A DNA stretch of 38,554 bases from an uncultured Syntrophomonas sp. (lineage in GTDB: Bacteria > Bacillota > Syntrophomonadia > Syntrophomonadales > Syntrophomonadaceae): the NCBI GenBank assembly GCA_964600925.1, contig CAZRMB010000001.1, positions 1 to 38,554 of the forward strand, read 5' to 3'. The notes under the pieces were generated by a model. That model saw only the letters and a list, made by a program, of their open reading frames with translations. It was not told where the DNA came from and made no database searches. Below are positions 34,911 to 38,554 of the stretch, in pieces (within the stretch, counting starts at the first letter, position 1; each line of letters begins with the position of its first letter). The position numbers and the translations under genes are program-made.

Positions 34911-34930
34911 GGGTGTATCTTAATACACCC
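34911..34930. promoter_or_regulatory. Perfect palindrome upstream of hlyB (candidate operator)
   Basis: GGGTGTAT-CTTA-ATACACCC, 32 nt upstream of the hlyB ATG. Confidence 0.5.
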
Positions 34931-35459
34931 CTATATTGTTTTTGCAAGCAATTCCTATTCCAATTCAAGTGCCATTTTTTTATTATTTTCCTGATATTGG
35001 CTCCACCGGCGGAATTATTACGTAATGACGGAGACAGATCGAGTGCTTTTATATTTAACTGATTAAAATTACGGCCATATCAAGGACACCCACCCCTTGC
35101 ACTCCCACCGGCGGCGACACACCATACGTAATATGCAGGAAATATCTTTTTATTAACGACACGGTTTGTAGACATGGGGATCCGGTATTTTAAAACGTTC
35201 CGGATACCAGCCTTCGCCAGTATGATGACTATAACAGCAACTATTTATGACACAGTTTCCTCGCCGCCGCGATATCATCATTGATCTTGGGAATGGAATA
35301 ATATTTCGGGAAAAGGCCGTAACCATTCATCGACGCTTGCATGATCAAATAGCCGAACGCGTTGTACATATATAAACTAATTGAAGAAGTCAAATATTTT
35401 TAAGTAAGCGCCCATTCCGCCCAAGATGCTTTTCCAACAATTGCTCTTTTCCAGTTTTT

Positions 35460-36584
35460 TTATTCAACGGAGACTGTAACTTGATAACCATTCTTCACCA
35501 GCAACGCATGTTGTCTGGCTTGAGCCTGATCACAGGCAACCATTTCTTCTATCATCTGGTCGAGAGTTATCTCCGGTTCCCAGCCCAGTTTCTTTTTTGC
35601 CCTGCTGGGATCCCCAAGCAGGGTTTCAACTTCGGTAGGACGGAAGTAGCGGGGATCAATACGGATAATGGCTTTCTTTCGGGAACAGCCGGATCCTGTT
35701 GGCGGGTTGATCCAATAGCCAACTTCATGAACACCTTCCCCTTCCCAGCATAATTGCATGCCAAGCGCCGCAGCCGCTTTTTCAATAAATTGCCGTACAC
35801 TATATTGAATACCTGTAGCAATGACAAAGTCTTCCGGCTGTTCCTGCTGCAGCATCAGCCATTGCATGCGTACATAATCTTTAGCATGCCCCCAGTCGCG
35901 CAGAGAGTCAATGTTGCCCATATAAAGGCACTCTTCCAGTCCTTCTTTGATGTTGGCCAATCCTCGGGTGATCTTGCGAGTAACAAATGTTTCACCACGA
36001 CGCGGACTTTCGTGGTTGAAGAGGATGCCGTTGCAGGCATAGAGACCATACGCCTCCCGGTAATTAATGGTGATCCAGTAGGCGTACATCTTGGCCACTG
36101 CGTAAGGACTGCGAGGATAGAATGGGGTAGTTTCTTTCTGCGGAACCTCCTGCACCAAGCCGAAGAGCTCACTGGTACTGGCCTGATAGAAGCGCGTTTT
36201 TTTTTCCAAACCAAGGATGCGGATGGCTTCCAGGATACGCAAGGTGCCGATAGCGTCAACATCAGCAGTGTATTCGGGACTTTCGAAGCTTACTGCTACA
36301 TGGCTTTGCGCACCAAGGTTATAAATTTCATTGGGCTGTGTCTGTTGTATGATCCGCACCAGGTTGCTGGTATCTGTGAGATCGCCGTAATGCATTTTGA
36401 AATTAGCATTTTCGATGTGGGGGTCTTGATAGATGTGATCGACCCGCTGCGTATTAAAGAGACTGGCTCGACGTTTTATTCCATGAACAATATAACCTTT
36501 TTCAAGCAGGAACTCGGCCAAATAGGAACCGTCCTGGCCAGTGACGCCGGTAATCAGAGCTATTTTCTGGGCATAGGAAGTCAT
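35460..36584 (-). CDS. gmd: GDP-mannose 4,6-dehydratase
   Basis: [62 protein letters not shown]. Confidence 0.98.
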   Translation of the reverse strand: MTSYAQKIALITGVTGQDGSYLAEFLLEKGYIVHGIKRRASLFNTQRVDHIYQDPHIENANFKMHYGDLTDTSNLVRIIQQTQPNEIYNLGAQSHVAVSFESPEYTADVDAIGTLRILEAIRILGLEKKTRFYQASTSELFGLVQEVPQKETTPFYPRSPYAVAKMYAYWITINYREAYGLYACNGILFNHESPRRGETFVTRKITRGLANIKEGLEECLYMGNIDSLRDWGHAKDYVRMQWLMLQQEQPEDFVIATGIQYSVRQFIEKAAAALGMQLCWEGEGVHEVGYWINPPTGSGCSRKKAIIRIDPRYFRPTEVETLLGDPSRAKKKLGWEPEITLDQMIEEMVACDQAQARQHALLVKNGYQVTVSVE

Positions 36585-36687
36585 GTTATTTTTCCTTATT
36601 AATATTGTTAAGGATTAATTTCCATTTTCTAAAACATTGCGCCGGTGGAACAAATTACCAATCTGGAATCATACCTTGATCGCCTTT

Positions 36688-38169
36688 TTATTCACGTCCG
36701 TATCGGTCTTCCAGTCGAACTATGTCGTCTTCTCCAAGATATGTTCCTGATTGGACTTCAATTATTTCCAGAGGAATCTTTCCGGGGTTTTCTACACGGT
36801 GTTTTTCACCGACAGGAATAAAAACAGATTGATTCTCAGTAAGTAAACGTGTCTCTTCTCCGAGGGTAACTTTGGCAGTTCCTCGCACCACAATCCAGTG
36901 TTCCGAACGACGTTGGTGCATTTGCAGGCTGAGAATTGCACCAGGATTGACCATAATGCGCTTAACCTGAAAGCCTTCTCCCTTATTCAGAGAATCATAC
37001 CATCCCCACGGACGAAAAACCTTCCGGTGTGAGACTCCTTCCCGCCGCCCCTTTGCCTTCAGGGCAATAACAATTTTTTTTACGTCTTGGACTTTTTCCT
37101 TATCTGCTATCAGGACGGCATCCGGAGTTTCAACAATGATCATACGGTCAATACCCACACAGGATACAAGACGTGATGTAGACACTATAAGGGATTCTTG
37201 TGAATTTTCGAGGAGAACATCCCCTTGGGTGGTGTTGCCATATTCATCTTTTTTACCGATCTGCCAGACAGCGTCCCAGGCTCCGACATCGGACCATCCC
37301 GCATCCAGCGGCGCCATGACGCCGCGGATCGCTAAATCAGATAAGGCGGTAATCTTTTCCATAACCGCGTAATCGATGGAATCGGCCGGACAGGCGGAAA
37401 AGATCTCACGATCCAGCCGCTGAAAATCCAGGCCACGATTTCCCCGGTCAAAGGCAGTACAGCAGGCAGTCAGCATTGCCGGTTGAAGTTGCTCCAGAGC
37501 CTTAAGCCATGTCCCGGCCCGTAATAGGAACATACCGCTGTTCCAACAATAATCGCCAGTGGTTAGATAGGCTTCGGCCGTGGCGCGATCCGGCTTCTCG
37601 ACAAACCGGATAATCGGAAAAACCCGATCAGCAACGGGGTTATGACGGTCCACCTGAATATAACCATAACCCGTTTCCGGCCGGACAGGAACGATACCAA
37701 AAGTTACCATCGCCCCGGCAAGGGCAGGAGCAATGCCCCGCTGGACGGTTTGGTGAAAGGCTGTTTGGTCCTCCACAACATGATCGGCAGGCATAACCAG
37801 CAAGAGAGGGTCCTGACCGCTTTTGGTTGCGCTGAGTGCGGCAACGGTCAGAGCCGGAGCGGTATTACGCCCGCAAGGTTCGAGGATAATAGAAACTTCT
37901 TCACTGCCCGTTTCCTTGATTTGTTCCGCGACAAGGAAACGATGGTCCTCATTGCAAACAACTATCGGAGCCGAAGCCAGGTCTACATTTGCACATACAA
38001 AGCCGTCAAGGCGCCTTATAGTCGCCTGAAGCATCGTCTCCGTTCCCGCCAGGGGCAGGAGTTGTTTGGGGTATTCATCCCGAGACAAAGGCCATAAACG
38101 GGTACCTGCACCACCGCAAAGTATTACGGGAATGAGAAAGTGTTTATTCTGTGTAATTGTGGTTGCCAT
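36688..38169 (-). CDS. manC: Mannose-1-phosphate guanylyltransferase / mannose-6-phosphate isomerase
   Basis: PVILCGGAGTRLWPLSR..PKQ, GRNTAPA, FVEKPD, SIDYAVMEK, GWSDVG, cupin RPWG...EVQSGTYLGEDDIVR. Confidence 0.97.
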   Translation of the reverse strand: MATTITQNKHFLIPVILCGGAGTRLWPLSRDEYPKQLLPLAGTETMLQATIRRLDGFVCANVDLASAPIVVCNEDHRFLVAEQIKETGSEEVSIILEPCGRNTAPALTVAALSATKSGQDPLLLVMPADHVVEDQTAFHQTVQRGIAPALAGAMVTFGIVPVRPETGYGYIQVDRHNPVADRVFPIIRFVEKPDRATAEAYLTTGDYCWNSGMFLLRAGTWLKALEQLQPAMLTACCTAFDRGNRGLDFQRLDREIFSACPADSIDYAVMEKITALSDLAIRGVMAPLDAGWSDVGAWDAVWQIGKKDEYGNTTQGDVLLENSQESLIVSTSRLVSCVGIDRMIIVETPDAVLIADKEKVQDVKKIVIALKAKGRREGVSHRKVFRPWGWYDSLNKGEGFQVKRIMVNPGAILSLQMHQRRSEHWIVVRGTAKVTLGEETRLLTENQSVFIPVGEKHRVENPGKIPLEIIEVQSGTYLGEDDIVRLEDRYGRE

Positions 38170-38554
38170 TTTTTGCCTCTTGAACCTGTTGCGAAACTGT
38201 CAGGGAAATTCGTTAATAAACTTGTAAATTCTCGCTATGAGTGCGACATTGTTTAATGAAATTATTATGGAAAGTCAAGTCAACTTATGGGAAATCGTGA
38301 CTTGCTCTTGTGCACTCGCGACACCATTGAGCGGAAGAATCAGATTCGGAAGAGGTAAAAGAAAGAAAAAATGGCGGGTTCTCTTTCCGGTTTGGACACA
38401 TTAATTTACCTCTGCTCGCGGTTAAAATGCCAGAAAATCAATTGAGAATGGACGAAGAATTTGTGCCGCAGTTTTTTGTTCAAGCTCACTGTAACAACAA
38501 CCGCCGCAACACTAAAAAGCCAGTTAATTAATAATCTTCCAAAAATCAATGCTC

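Noticed and set aside
35754-36602. 282-aa plus-strand ORF
   Set aside because: Antisense shadow of the highly conserved gmd.
38495-38510. ops/JUMPStart-like GGCGGTTG upstream of manC
   Set aside because: Only a partial match to GGCGGTAG, with no surrounding JUMPStart consensus.

Overview
A cell-surface locus, almost all on the minus strand, probably from a Gram-negative, possibly deltaproteobacterial, host (inference only). From right to left it carries manC and gmd, a type I secretion system (hlyB-hlyD-tolC), a 1016-aa RsaA/SapA-like S-layer protein, a TPR/GT41-methyltransferase fusion, a small protein, a trypsin/Calx-beta protease, and an ABC-transporter-dependent D-rhamnose-type polysaccharide cluster (rmd, wzm, wzt, WbdD-like methyltransferase, large multi-GT4 polymerase, gtrB-like GT2, further GTs and an epimerase). 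The most unusual part is a ~5 kb island at 21028-26053 between the S-layer gene and the GT41 gene. It holds a RAYT-like HUH/Y1 tyrosine transposase flanked by inverted copies of a 19-bp motif (GTATTATGTCCCCGGAATA). Five more direct copies of that motif follow and punctuate six different type II toxin-antitoxin modules plus a remnant of a seventh. The repeats carry variable CCGGAATA tails and pieces of the transposase's own promoter. The layout resembles an integron-like cassette array run by an HUH transposase instead of an integron integrase; that mechanism is a hypothesis. All family calls come from motif recognition by eye, and no database search was run.
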